Assembly: GCA_041937175.2 (NCBI GenBank)
Contig: CP166615.1
Span: forward strand, 1,696,001 to 1,760,000
Length of the DNA stretch: 64,000 nt
Direction: 5' to 3'
DNA from: Limnothrix sp. BL-A-16
GTDB taxonomy: Bacteria > Cyanobacteriota > Cyanobacteriia > CACIAM-69d
Part shown: positions 38,617 through 48,830 of the stretch, piece by piece
Layout of the letters: each line of letters starts with the position of its first letter
Numbering within the stretch: position 1 is the first letter of the stretch
The notes under the pieces: model-generated
Databases searched by the model: none
Told to the model about the DNA's origin: nothing
The model's input: the letters and a program-made list of their open reading frames with translations, nothing else
Program-made: the position numbers and the translations under genes

Positions 38617-41475
38617 CTATGGGGTGAGGTGGGATTGGAGCAGGTCGATCGCCCGGTGCAGGTCGGGGGTTTGGAGGGGCGATCGGGCGATCGCTTGGGA
38701 TGCTTCCAGCACGCCGCCGCGAATCGGCCACATTTCGTTAGGGTTGGGGAGGCTGGCGAGGGTCTGGGTGAGTTGCTCAAAACCGGCTTCGACGTTGCCC
38801 AACAGAATGGACAGGATCGACCAATGGAGTTTTTCTTGATCGTCTGAGTTGGGGCAGAGTTGCAGGCTTTCGGCTAGGAGCGATCGCGCCTGTTCCAAAT
38901 CTGATTGCAGGGCGCGAACGGCGGCCAAGTTAAAGGCCGGCATATAGTAATCGGGTTTGAGTTCTCTGGCTTTCAATAAATAGGCGCTGGCTTCGTCTAG
39001 GAGATCGCTAATTAGGCACAAAAAGCCGAGATTTCCTGGCAAATTGACATCGGTGGGGTCAAGTTCTGCTGCTTTTTGGAAAGTGGCGATCGCCCCAGCA
39101 ATATCCTCTTGCTCGAATTGCAGAATTGCTAAGGTGTAATAGGGCGAAGTAGACGTGTTATCGAGATCGAGATCAATCGCTCGTTGGTAAGCCTCAATTG
39201 CTTCCTCATAGCGTTCTTGGGCTTTTAGAACATCACCCAAATTGCTGAAATCAAAGGCGCGTTCTTCGATGCTGAGAGCTTGTCGATAAGCGGCTTCGGC
39301 TTCGGAATAGCGCTGAAGATTGTTGAGTGCCAAGCCCAGATTGCTGTGGGCATAGACATAGTTTGGGTCAAGCTCGATCGCCCGTTGGTAAGCAGCGATC
39401 ACCTCCTCATGCCGCTTCAGATCGCGATACGCATTACCCAAATTGTAATGATAGTCAGCATCGTTTGGGTCAAGCTCGATCGCCCGTTGGTAAGCAGCGA
39501 TTGCCTCTTCATAGCGCTCTAAATCGCGATACGCAGCACCCAATTCGTTGTGGGCATAGACAAAGTTTGGGTCAAGCTCGATCGCCCGTTGGTAAGCAGC
39601 GATCGCCTCCTCATACCGCTTCAGATTGTAGTACGCAAGACCCAAATTGTAATGGTGACCAGCATTGTTTGAGTCAAGCTCGATCGCCCGTTGAAAAGCA
39701 GAGATCGCCTCCTCATACTGCTTCAGATCGCCATACGCAAGACCCAAATTGTTGTGATAAATAGCTTCATTTGGATCAAGCTCGATCGCCCGTTGGTAAG
39801 CAGCGATCGCCTCCTCATACCGCTTCAGATCGCGATACGCATTACCCAATCTGTTGTGGGAATAGACAAAGTTTGGGTCAAGCTCGATCGCCCGCTGGTA
39901 AGCAGCGATTGCCTCCTCATACCGCTTCAGATCGCGATACGCATTACCCAATCCGTTGTGGGCATAGACAAAGTTTGGGTCAAGCTCGATCGCCCGTTGG
40001 TAAGCAGAGATCGCCTCCTCATACCGCTTCAGATTGTAGTACGCAAGACCCAAATTGTAATGGTGACCAGCATTGTTTGAGTCAAGCTCGATCGCCCGTT
40101 GGTAAGCAGCGATCGCCTCCTCATACCGCTTCAGATCGCGATACGCATTACCCAAATTGCCGTGGGCATAGACATAGTTTGAGTCAAGCTCGATCGCCTG
40201 TTGGTAAGCGGTGATCGCCTCTTCATATTGCTTCAGATCGCGATATATAAGACCCAAAATGTTGTAGCGATTTGCATTTGGCCCGATCTTGATCGCCCGC
40301 TGGAAAGCGTCAATTGCCTCCTCGTACCGCTCAAGATGCCATAGCGCATTGCCTTGGCGTGCCCAAATATAATCGTAGTTAGGCTTACGTTGAACAATAC
40401 GTATGAAGCGGCCAAACATCATTCTATACATTCTTGAGGCAGAAAGAAGATACTTATAACTTTGGAGGTTGGTTATCCGAAAATATTGATAGTAATTAGG
40501 CAGATTTTTGATATATTGAACACTATAGATGATTGCAGTTTTGTACCATTTCAAGTCAAACAAAAACTTATTTCGATTTCTAAAAGCATATTCAAAAACA
40601 TAGTGATACCTAGGTTCAAGCTCAGTGGCTCTTTGATAGATCATCACTGCTTCTTCATATCGACCAAGATGAAACAGTGCATCGCCTTGGGAAAAAGCTG
40701 CAAGATGGTTTTCTGGGTCAAGGTCGAGAACACGAGCAAAATTGATAATTGCTAGTCCATAATTTTGATTATATAAATTCAGTTGACCTGCTTGTAAATA
40801 AAGTTGACTTAACTGATCCGAGTCGCTTGTATTTTTGATTAGATCTTGCAGCTCTAGTAATCTTCTAATACATTCCAACTCTGTTAGTTTTTCATAGCCA
40901 TCTCCTGCCAATGACTCGTCAAGGATCTTTTGATCGATTTCTGATGGTTTTAGGGGAAAACGATAGACTCCCAGCCGCCAATCAAAAAAGTCCGGGGCGC
41001 GTTCGCTCAAATATTGAATCGTAGTGGGCCGACAGCAGACCACAAAGGCACAGGGAAACCGATCGCGCAAGGTTTCCCGCGCCCAATTGAGATGCTGCAA
41101 AATCGGCGGCACACCTCGCCAATCGACATTGTAAATTTGCACCTCGCTCCAGCCCGCCTGCCGCTTTGTGTCTTCATAATCCAACAGGGCTTCATCCAAA
41201 TCCCGCACAAACAACACATCAAATGCCGTCGTTTCTGCGAGAGCTTGCACCCGATCCAGCAATGTTGTGGCCTTGCGATCGAGCACCAATTGAGCAAACC
41301 GTTTTTCGGGAATTTCTCGCCGCAAGCGATCGAATAGCTCCTCATCCTTGTTGCGATCGCCCACTACAAAATGCAGCTCAAACCCCGTTTGCCGCTGGAG
41401 CGATCGCCGCAAATTCTGATAGATTTCCTCCGGTGTTTCCGGTAGCAAATCCTCCTCCTCATCCCAATCCATCAC
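38617..41475 (-). CDS. Large TPR repeat protein with a putative NTPase-partner N-terminal domain
   Basis: Many 34-aa repeats (LGNAYRDLKRYEEAIAAYQRAIELDPN); N-terminal LNWARETL...APDFFDWR. Confidence 0.88.
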   Translation of the reverse strand: MMDWDEEEDLLPETPEEIYQNLRRSLQRQTGFELHFVVGDRNKDEELFDRLRREIPEKRFAQLVLDRKATTLLDRVQALAETTAFDVLFVRDLDEALLDYEDTKRQAGWSEVQIYNVDWRGVPPILQHLNWARETLRDRFPCAFVVCCRPTTIQYLSERAPDFFDWRLGVYRFPLKPSEIDQKILDESLAGDGYEKLTELECIRRLLELQDLIKNTSDSDQLSQLYLQAGQLNLYNQNYGLAIINFARVLDLDPENHLAAFSQGDALFHLGRYEEAVMIYQRATELEPRYHYVFEYAFRNRNKFLFDLKWYKTAIIYSVQYIKNLPNYYQYFRITNLQSYKYLLSASRMYRMMFGRFIRIVQRKPNYDYIWARQGNALWHLERYEEAIDAFQRAIKIGPNANRYNILGLIYRDLKQYEEAITAYQQAIELDSNYVYAHGNLGNAYRDLKRYEEAIAAYQRAIELDSNNAGHHYNLGLAYYNLKRYEEAISAYQRAIELDPNFVYAHNGLGNAYRDLKRYEEAIAAYQRAIELDPNFVYSHNRLGNAYRDLKRYEEAIAAYQRAIELDPNEAIYHNNLGLAYGDLKQYEEAISAFQRAIELDSNNAGHHYNLGLAYYNLKRYEEAIAAYQRAIELDPNFVYAHNELGAAYRDLERYEEAIAAYQRAIELDPNDADYHYNLGNAYRDLKRHEEVIAAYQRAIELDPNYVYAHSNLGLALNNLQRYSEAEAAYRQALSIEERAFDFSNLGDVLKAQERYEEAIEAYQRAIDLDLDNTSTSPYYTLAILQFEQEDIAGAIATFQKAAELDPTDVNLPGNLGFLCLISDLLDEASAYLLKARELKPDYYMPAFNLAAVRALQSDLEQARSLLAESLQLCPNSDDQEKLHWSILSILLGNVEAGFEQLTQTLASLPNPNEMWPIRGGVLEASQAIARSPLQTPDLHRAIDLLQSHLTP
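39340..40250. repeat. Near-identical 102-bp tandem repeats (TPR coding), about 9 copies
   Basis: TCAAGCTCGATCGCC recurs every 102 bp. Confidence 0.9.
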
Positions 41476-41528
41476 CCATTCCCTCCCTCACCATTTGGCC
41501 CAGCCGCCCACGCTACAGACAGCAGCTC

Positions 41529-41556
41529 AGACAAGGGGCTTAAGCCCCTTGCCCCC
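41529..41556. repeat. REP-like palindrome overlapping the ATPase stop codon
   Basis: AGACAAGGGGCTTAAGCCCCTTGCCCCC. Confidence 0.8.
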
Positions 41557-42904
41557 GTGAGTTTGATGCTTGAAACGCATCCCAACGCTGCTTAAATTCC
41601 TTGGAACTCCGAATCAACGGATGCACCGCCGCCCAGGTGATTTTATCGTCGTTTTCCTCATCCCATTCGCGATATTCCAACACACACAATCGAAACAGCA
41701 AATTGCGACAGCGATCTTCACATTCGTTGCGGCTGTCCTTGTGTTGTTCCACAGCCATCAACGCTTCCCAATCCTCAAACCGGATTGCATCCATATAGGT
41801 TTCTCGCGCTTCGGTGATCGCCCGTTGCACCGTCTTCGAGCCGATCGGTAATGCATCCACCCGCTTCAACGATTCCTGCACCAATCGCATCAACTCGCGC
41901 ATGTGGCCACCGCTGGCCAAACACAATCGCTTCACGGCTTCTTCTTCCGCAAAAATATCAGGAACCAGCGATCGCCCGGGAGCCGCTTTGGCCACTCGCC
42001 GCGTCAACACATCGCGCAATTTCCCATAGCCATCGTCCAACATTTGATGATCCCGATCGGCGATCGCCACCATTGGCAACCGCTCCACCCCGTCATATTC
42101 ATCCCGCAACCGCGACGCACTCGCCGAAAAGACAAAGGACACGGGCGCTGTATAAATCATGTGGCAATTCAGGGCTTTTAGGGAATCAGCCCGATCGAGA
42201 AAAATTTCATCATGATTCGTGCGGCCATCGGGGCGATCGACCGGTGAAATCCGATCCAAGTTGTCCGCCATGACGACCAAATCGCGCTTGCCTGCGGGCA
42301 GTTTTTGGCGTGCATTGGCAATCAATTGATTGAGCGCCGCTTCCAAGCTTTCCGTTTGATCGCGCATCAATTTCCGCACTTGATCGCGCTTTTGGGGTTC
42401 CAATCGCACCGCCGTGGTCAGCTTGGCAAACTGACTGAGTTGCAGCTCCACATTGGTTTTCAGCTCATCAATTTTGATATCCGCTGAAAGGATCGTTTTC
42501 AGATCATCCATCGATTTGCTAATCCATTGGGCGATCGGCTGGGAATCGAGTCCTTCTAGGCTCTTGAGTCCGTCAATAATGTTGCGCGCACAGGCCAGCA
42601 AAATATCCGCATATTCCGTATCTTTCAGGTTCAAATCACCCGCATCGTCCGTCGCCGCTGCGAAATACACCACAAAAAAGCCGCGCTCTTCTAGCCACTG
42701 TTTCAGCTTTTTCAGTTCCGTGGATTTGCCGCCGCCGCGATGACCAGAATAGATTTGGCAGGTTTTGCGCTGGGCATCGGTAATCGTGCGGCCCAAGTCC
42801 ACGGTGATGTCATCGTCGCCCCGCACCGAGGTGCAATCCACATAGACCGGATCGCCCGGCTCCAGCGGCCGCGACGGATCGAACTCATGCTTGAGCTGGA
42901 CAAT

Positions 42905-43807
42905 AGACCTCTTGCACGAATCAAATTGGATGTGCCGCTTGGTAGTTGAGCAACCCAGCTAACAGATGGAGCCTCAAGCCAAAACGGCGACGACGATTGC
43001 GATAGCGTTCTGAGAAGATCCGAAATCGCTTCAAGCGACGAATGGCGTGCTCAATCCGAATGCGCACCGCCGCTAACGCCTGATTGCAAGCTTTTTCCTC
43101 GTCAGGCAGGCACTTTCGAGGTGGTTTCCGTTTCGGAAGGATCGTGGCTTCATGGTGACGAGCTAGCCCTTGATACCCACTATCCGCTAGACACAGCCGG
43201 TCTGGGGCTAGGCGAAACGCGCTCTCACGCCAAAGTCGCAGGTCATGGGTGCGACCTCGACCGATTGCCACCGCTAGGAATTGACCGGAGCGCCAATCAA
43301 TCACCAATTGCCCTTTCAACGTATGCCGCTTTTGCTTACCGCTGTAGTAAGCTCGCTGTTTTTTTTGGGCGTTCAATGGCGACTTCGGTCACATCAATCA
43401 CCACCACTGACTCGTCGGTTTCGGGGTCTAAGAGACGGCGTTTGCCGGGCAAGGCAAACCGACCACTTTTGACCAAGACGGTCTCAACACGGTTGATGAT
43501 CCGACAGACGGTGGCTTCTGAGACCCCGAAATCGAGACCGATGTGGAATTGGGTGCGATACTCGCGCCAGTATTGCAGGGTTAGCAGAAGCTGATTCTCA
43601 ACACTCAGACTATTTTGGCCCCCGCGTTTGCCACTCCGGTCTAGGGCGGGGCGGAGGACTTCCAGCATGGCTTGGAAGGTGGAGCGACTGAAGCCACAGG
43701 CACGGCGAAACTGTGATGGGGGCAGCGAGGCGAGGCTTTTGTAGAGCATCTCCCGATCAGGGTGACGACGACTTTCTACACTACTGCTTTATTCGTGCAA
43801 GAGGTCT
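42905..43807 (-). mobile_element. IS5-family (ISL2-like) insertion sequence, 903 bp
   Basis: Perfect 17-bp TIR AGACCTCTTGCACGAAT; AAT target duplication (42902-04, 43808-10). Confidence 0.93.
42921..43749 (-). CDS. IS5 DDE transposase as orfA/orfB joined by a probable -1 frameshift
   Basis: orfA HTH region ending VIDVTE...ERPKK; orfB YYSGKQKRHT, LADSGYQG, RIRIEH; A8 run at 43359-43366. Confidence 0.88.
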
Positions 43808-43885
43808 AATGATCGGAAATTCTGGGCTAAACACGTCAACGGCTACCAACACAACTCGCCCCGATTGTAGCCAAGTCGATCGCCC

Positions 43886-45472
43886 CTAGTGACCACCGGT
43901 TGTTGCTTGGCCCTTGCGGCCCTTGCCCAGCAACAACAACAGCGGCAACGAAGCCAAAAACACCATCCCCACCACCCAAAACGTATCGGCAAACGACAAA
44001 ATCGACGATTGCAAACTGAGAACGCGATCGAGCGAGGCGATCGCCTGTTGGTGCGCCGTGGTGGGGTCAATGCCGCGACCTTGAAACGCGCCGGTCAGGG
44101 CATCGAGCCGCCCTTGGGTTTCGGGGTTATACAGACTCAAGTGCTCACTCAACACACTGCGGTGAAACGCATTGCGCTGATCCAATAGCGTCGTCAAAAT
44201 CGCGATGCCAATGCTGCCGCCCAATTGCCGCGTCAGGTTATAAAACCCCGACCCGGCGGGAATGTCAGCCGGGGGCAACGAACCGAGGGTCGCCAAACTC
44301 AGGGGCAAAAACATCATCACCGTGCCCACCCCCCGAAAAATCAGCGGATAAAACAACGAATCGCTGCTGGAGTCGGGGTTGAGGGTCGCCAGGGAAAACA
44401 TCACGCCGCTGGTCATGACGCTGCCCGCCGCGATCGCCCAGCGGGGATCGATGAAACTGCTGACTTTGCCCAGGAGCATCATCGTGGCGGCGGAGGCCAG
44501 GGCCCCCGGCAACAGCAACAGGCCCGTTTGCTGGGCGGTGTAGTGCAACACGCTCTGGGCAAAAATCGGCACGGCGAACAAGGTTCCATACAGCCCCATG
44601 CCCACCACGGCGGAATAGACACTGCCCGCCGCAAGCGATCGATGGCGCAACACGCGCAAGTCCACGGCCGGGTGGCGCACGGTCAGTTCCCGCCAAATAA
44701 ACAGGGCTAGCCCAACGATCGCGGCGATCGCCAGGACGATGATCGTGGGCGATTCAAACCAGTTGTCCTGCTCCCCTTCTTCCAGGAAGGTTTGCAAGCT
44801 GCCCACGGCGATCGTTAGCAGGGCAATCCCCCACCAATCAACCGATCGACGTGGGCCGGAGCGATCGGGCGGGCGATCGGCGGGCAAAAACAGCAGGGCC
44901 ATCACCACCGCCGCGATGCCGAAGGGAATATTAATGAAGAAAATCCAGCGCCACCCGAGGGTATCGGTCAAATAGCCGCCGAGGGTCGGGCCGATCGCCG
45001 GGCCCGTAATCACGCCGACCCCGAAGACCGCTTGGGCCAGGCCCTGTTCGGCGGGCGGAAAGCTCTGAAACAAAATCGATTGGGCCTTGGCCAGCAAGCC
45101 GCCCCCCAGCAACCCTTGCAAGATTCGGGCGGCCACCAGCTCGGTCAAACTGCCGGACAGGCCGCAGAGGATCGAGGCGATCGTGAAGCCCGCCAGCGAG
45201 AGGACGAAATAGCGCTTTTGGCCAAAGGTTTCGCCCAGCCAAGCCGTCAGGGGAATCACGATCACGTTGGCGATCGCGTAGCCCGTGACGATCCAGCCAA
45301 TTTCGCTGAGGGTGGCCCCGACGCTGGATTGGATATCGGTCAGGGCGACGTTGACGATGCTGGTGTCGATCACTTCCAGGATTGCGCCTAGGGAAGCGGT
45401 GGCGGCGATCGCCCATTTCACCCAGCCGGTGGGATAGGCCGGGGCGATCGCGGGATGGGAGGTTGCACTCAT
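43886..45472 (-). CDS. emrB: DHA2 (EmrB/QacA) MFS efflux permease
   Basis: DTSIVNVAL, GPTLGGYLTD..GWRWIFFINIP and RQLGGSIG motifs. Confidence 0.9.
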   Translation of the reverse strand: MSATSHPAIAPAYPTGWVKWAIAATASLGAILEVIDTSIVNVALTDIQSSVGATLSEIGWIVTGYAIANVIVIPLTAWLGETFGQKRYFVLSLAGFTIASILCGLSGSLTELVAARILQGLLGGGLLAKAQSILFQSFPPAEQGLAQAVFGVGVITGPAIGPTLGGYLTDTLGWRWIFFINIPFGIAAVVMALLFLPADRPPDRSGPRRSVDWWGIALLTIAVGSLQTFLEEGEQDNWFESPTIIVLAIAAIVGLALFIWRELTVRHPAVDLRVLRHRSLAAGSVYSAVVGMGLYGTLFAVPIFAQSVLHYTAQQTGLLLLPGALASAATMMLLGKVSSFIDPRWAIAAGSVMTSGVMFSLATLNPDSSSDSLFYPLIFRGVGTVMMFLPLSLATLGSLPPADIPAGSGFYNLTRQLGGSIGIAILTTLLDQRNAFHRSVLSEHLSLYNPETQGRLDALTGAFQGRGIDPTTAHQQAIASLDRVLSLQSSILSFADTFWVVGMVFLASLPLLLLLGKGRKGQATTGGH

Positions 45473-45484
45473 GGGGCCTGGCTC

Positions 45485-46846
45485 CTAGCGCAAGGCCACG
45501 CTGACATTGGCGGACATGCCCGGCGTGACCTGGGCTTCGTAGCCGCGCAAGCTGTCGGGGTCGATCGCAATCCGCACGGGAATCCGCTGCACCACTTTGG
45601 TGAAATTGCCCGTGGCGTTGTCCGGTGGCAGCAGGGCAAATTGCGCACCGGAGGCGGGGGCCAGGCTTTCCACCCGGCCGTGGAACGGGTGATCAGGAAA
45701 GGCATCGAGCCGAATCTCGACCGCTTCGCCGGGATGCATCCGCTGCACTTGGGTTTCTTTGAAGTTGGCTTCGATCCAGAGTTGATCCCCGACGATCGCC
45801 ATTAGGGGCTGGCCCGCCTGCACCTGTGCGCCCACTTCCACGGATTTGCGGCCAATCCGGCCGCTGACGGGGGCAACGATCGTCGTGTAGGACAACTGCA
45901 ACTGGGCAGCGCGCAGGTCGGCGGCCTGGCGGGCAATTTGGGCCGTGGCGGCGGCGTAGCGATCGCGGTTCACCTGGGTTTGGTTGCCGGTGGCGCGGGC
46001 CTGTTGCACATCCCCCTGGCGCGATTGGCGGGTGGCCTTGGCCCGATCGACCCCTTGGCGGGCCTGGGCCACGCGGGCGATCGCCTGTTGCACCTGTTGG
46101 CGGGCGGCGGCGGTTTGAGCCAGGGCCACATCGTAGGCCGCCTTGGCCGCATCCCGTTGCTGGGCGGCGATCGCCCCGTCTTGGTAGAGCGCATTGTAGC
46201 GATCGAAGTCCGCCTTCGCTTTGGTCAGGGCCGCTTGGGCCTGGGCCAAATTGGCCTGCGCCACCGGTACGCCTGCGCTGGCTTCATTCAAGGCTGCCTC
46301 GGCATTGGCGATCGCGGCGGTGGCATCGTTCAGGTCACCCCGCGCCGTGGTCAGTTGGGCGGCGGTGTTGGCTCCGGCCAGGGCGATCGAAGATTGGGCC
46401 GCCCGGGCATCCTGCTGGGCCGCCACCAGGGCCGCCTGGGATTGCTGCATCTTCACTTGATAGTCCGTCGGGTCGAGGCGCACCAACACTGAACCCGCCG
46501 CCACATGCTGGTTTTCCTCGATCGCCACCGCCGTTACTGTGCCCGGCACGCGGCTGGCCACTTGATAAAGATGGCCCGCCACCTGGGCGTTGTCCGTTTC
46601 CTCGTGAGTGGAGGCGTATTGCCAAAACTGCCAAGCCCAACGACTGCCCGCGATCGCCCCGGCCGCCACCAGCACCAAGACGATCGCCAGGCCGATCGGG
46701 TGACGCTTTTGGGGCGCAGGCTCGGGCGTGGGGTCAATGGTTGGGGCGATCGGGCGATCGGTTTCGGGCGCTTCGATCGGCTCCAGCTTGGTCACGGGCG
46801 GCTGAGAGCCATTGCGATCAATGTCATTCATCAACTGGGGTTTCAC
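45485..46846 (-). CDS. emrA: EmrA/HlyD membrane fusion protein
   Basis: ETDNAQV, ANFKETQ and LLPPDNATGNFTKVVQRIPV motifs. Confidence 0.92.
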   Translation of the reverse strand: MKPQLMNDIDRNGSQPPVTKLEPIEAPETDRPIAPTIDPTPEPAPQKRHPIGLAIVLVLVAAGAIAGSRWAWQFWQYASTHEETDNAQVAGHLYQVASRVPGTVTAVAIEENQHVAAGSVLVRLDPTDYQVKMQQSQAALVAAQQDARAAQSSIALAGANTAAQLTTARGDLNDATAAIANAEAALNEASAGVPVAQANLAQAQAALTKAKADFDRYNALYQDGAIAAQQRDAAKAAYDVALAQTAAARQQVQQAIARVAQARQGVDRAKATRQSRQGDVQQARATGNQTQVNRDRYAAATAQIARQAADLRAAQLQLSYTTIVAPVSGRIGRKSVEVGAQVQAGQPLMAIVGDQLWIEANFKETQVQRMHPGEAVEIRLDAFPDHPFHGRVESLAPASGAQFALLPPDNATGNFTKVVQRIPVRIAIDPDSLRGYEAQVTPGMSANVSVALR

Positions 46847-46937
46847 AATCTCTAACCTCCGTGGAACAGTGAAATGGCGGATTATTACGGGTGTTTTTAT
46901 TTCGTATGCGTATTATTGGGCCGATTAATTAGAGGGC

Positions 46938-46958
46938 GGTGGGTATTGCCCACCCTAC
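46938..46958 (-). repeat. GTAG-type REP
   Basis: Minus strand GTAG-GGTGGGCAATACCCACC: GTAG tetranucleotide followed by a hairpin. Confidence 0.7.
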
Positions 46959-46973
46959 TAGTGGGTTCTGGAT

Positions 46974-47450
46974 TTAGTCGGATCGGATCAAATTGCCGAT
47001 CGCCCGATCGACTAAATCGGACATCAGTTGGCGATCGGGTTCGGAAAATCCATGCAGGGTTTCCTCGCGCATTTGCACCGCGATCGGCGGCAAAATTTCT
47101 CGCATTTGCCAACCCAGATCCGTCAGCCAAATCCGCCAGACGCGCCGATCATGGCAGTCGCGCTCCCGCCGAATCAGGCCGCGCTCTTCCATCCGATCGA
47201 GTGCGCCGGTCATCGTCCCGCCCACCTGCCGCAGCCGATCGCCGATCGCGCAGGTGGCCAGTCCGTCTTGATCCCACAGGCAACAGAGCACCACCCAGTG
47301 AAACGGCGTGAGGCCATGGGGTTCCAGCAGTTCTTGAAACCGCCGTCCCATCAGTTGCGACAGCAGCCGGATCCGATAGCCCAGGCCATTGGGAGCCAAG
47401 ACTTCTCGCCAAGGCGCAGTGGAAAGGGCCGATCGAGCAGTGGCGTTCAT
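46974..47450 (-). CDS. MarR family regulator
   Basis: LDRMEERGLIRRERDCHDRRVWRIWLT motif. Confidence 0.92.
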   Translation of the reverse strand: MNATARSALSTAPWREVLAPNGLGYRIRLLSQLMGRRFQELLEPHGLTPFHWVVLCCLWDQDGLATCAIGDRLRQVGGTMTGALDRMEERGLIRRERDCHDRRVWRIWLTDLGWQMREILPPIAVQMREETLHGFSEPDRQLMSDLVDRAIGNLIRSD

Positions 47451-47469
47451 GGGAAAACCGCAAACATGA

Positions 47470-47506
47470 TTTATTTCGTGTACTAACTATTTAAGCACGA
47501 AATAAA
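47470..47506. promoter_or_regulatory. Putative MarR operator
   Basis: TTTATTTCGTG-N15-CACGAAATAAA just upstream of marR; similar TTTATTTCGT half-site at about 46896 upstream of emrA. Confidence 0.6.
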
Positions 47507-47636
47507 ATTCCGAGTATGACCCGATCTCCGTTGACCATCCGAGCCATGATGAGGTGCTTAGGATCAGGGATGATCACCCCCGATCGCCCCTAAGCCTTGG
47601 CTACAATCCGATCGAGCTGCTCGATCGCCCTGACCT

Positions 47637-48224
47637 ATGCCGCCGATCCTTGCTGAAGCCCTAACCCTGCGACCGCTGCAAGTGCGCGATTATCAATGCC
47701 TGATTGATCAGGGTTGTTTTGGCCCGGAAGAACATATTGAATTGCTCAATGGTCAACTGATTCAAATGGCTGCTAAGGAAACCCGCCATGCCGCCGCTGT
47801 CAGTCGTTTGGCGCGGCTGCTGGGTCGGCAATTGGGCGAAACGGTGCTGATTCGGCTGCAAGACCCGATCGCCCTGAATGATCAGTCCCAACCTGAACCC
47901 GACCTGGCGATCATCCGGCCCCATCCCCTCGACTATGCCGACCATCACCCCACCCCAGCGGAAATCCATTGGCTGATTGAAGTGGCGGATAGCACCCTCA
48001 CCTACAACACCCAAACCAAGGCCCGTGCCTATGCCCAAGCGGGTTTAGGGGATTATTGGGTGCTGGATTTACCGGGCGATCGGCTCTGGGTGTTCCGCAA
48101 TCCGAACCAGGCGGGCTATGGACTGGTTATGCAGCTCGATCGCGCCCAATCGATCGCCCCGATCGCCTTTCCGAATTGCACTTGGCCCCTGGCGGACTTG
48201 CTGCCGATCGCCTCGGACTCTTGA
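47637..48224 (+). CDS. Uma2 family protein
   Basis: IELLNG, QPEPDLAI, LIEVADST and DYWVLDL motifs. Confidence 0.9.
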   Translation: MPPILAEALTLRPLQVRDYQCLIDQGCFGPEEHIELLNGQLIQMAAKETRHAAAVSRLARLLGRQLGETVLIRLQDPIALNDQSQPEPDLAIIRPHPLDYADHHPTPAEIHWLIEVADSTLTYNTQTKARAYAQAGLGDYWVLDLPGDRLWVFRNPNQAGYGLVMQLDRAQSIAPIAFPNCTWPLADLLPIASDS

Positions 48225-48280
48225 GCAACCTGGGCCAAGGGGCGTTAGGCTGGGCAAGAGCGCGGCCAAGGAACCTCAAA

Positions 48281-48616
48281 ATGGCACTGGAATCGATCGA
48301 ACGGGCGGAAACGGTGGAGCGAGCGACCCTGCTGGCGGGGTTCCATGCCCTGGGCGATCCGATTCGGTTGGGGGCGATCGAACATTTGCGGCAGGGCGAA
48401 TTGTGCGTGTGCGACCTCTGCGAACTGCTGGGGGTCAGCCAATCAAAGCTGTCGTTTCACCTGAAAGTGCTTCGGGAAGCGGGCTTGATTGAAGTGCGCC
48501 AGGACGGCCGCTGGAACTATTACCGGCTGAATCCGGCGGGCTTTGAGCGTTTAGAGCAATATTTAACGAGTTTTGCGGGGTTGGTGATTACGGGCGATCG
48601 CGCCGCCTGTTCCTAG
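48281..48616 (+). CDS. arsR: Arsenic-responsive repressor
   Basis: ELCVCDL...SQSKLSFHLKVL motif; ars operon context. Confidence 0.92.
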   Translation: MALESIERAETVERATLLAGFHALGDPIRLGAIEHLRQGELCVCDLCELLGVSQSKLSFHLKVLREAGLIEVRQDGRWNYYRLNPAGFERLEQYLTSFAGLVITGDRAACS

Positions 48617-48678
48617 CGATTCCGCCGCGCCTACCAACTAGCCGCGCCCGCAAACAAGGCTTGCCCCTTCGGTGGGAC

Positions 48679-48706
48679 AGACAAGGGGTTTGAACCCCTT
48701 GCCCCC
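48679..48706. repeat. REP-like palindrome
   Basis: AGACAAGGGGTTTGAACCCCTTGCCCCC. Confidence 0.75.
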
Positions 48707-48732
48707 TCGATGGGATTGCTGGGGGTTGTCAA

Positions 48733-48767
48733 ATCAATTTTTTTTGAATTCATCAAGTTTTTTTGAA
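48733..48767 (+). promoter_or_regulatory. ArsR operator (two ATCAA-N6-TTGAA boxes)
   Basis: ATCAATTTTTTTTGAA and ATCAAGTTTTTTTGAA upstream of acr3, resembling the cyanobacterial ars box. Confidence 0.7.
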
Positions 48768-48830
48768 CTATTCCTGGCACAATGGAGGCGATCGGGGCAA
48801 TCGGTGCGCATTGCCCGATCGCGAGGTGCT

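Larger units (their letters stand above)
41540..43834 (-). pseudogene. P-loop ATPase interrupted near its 5' end by an IS5 element
   Basis: Walker A SGHRGGGKSTEL, DNLDR and SGGHMR motifs; removing the IS and one AAT restores MFSPEFPIIVQLKHEFDPSRPLEPGDPVYVDC from GTG 43834. Confidence 0.85.
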
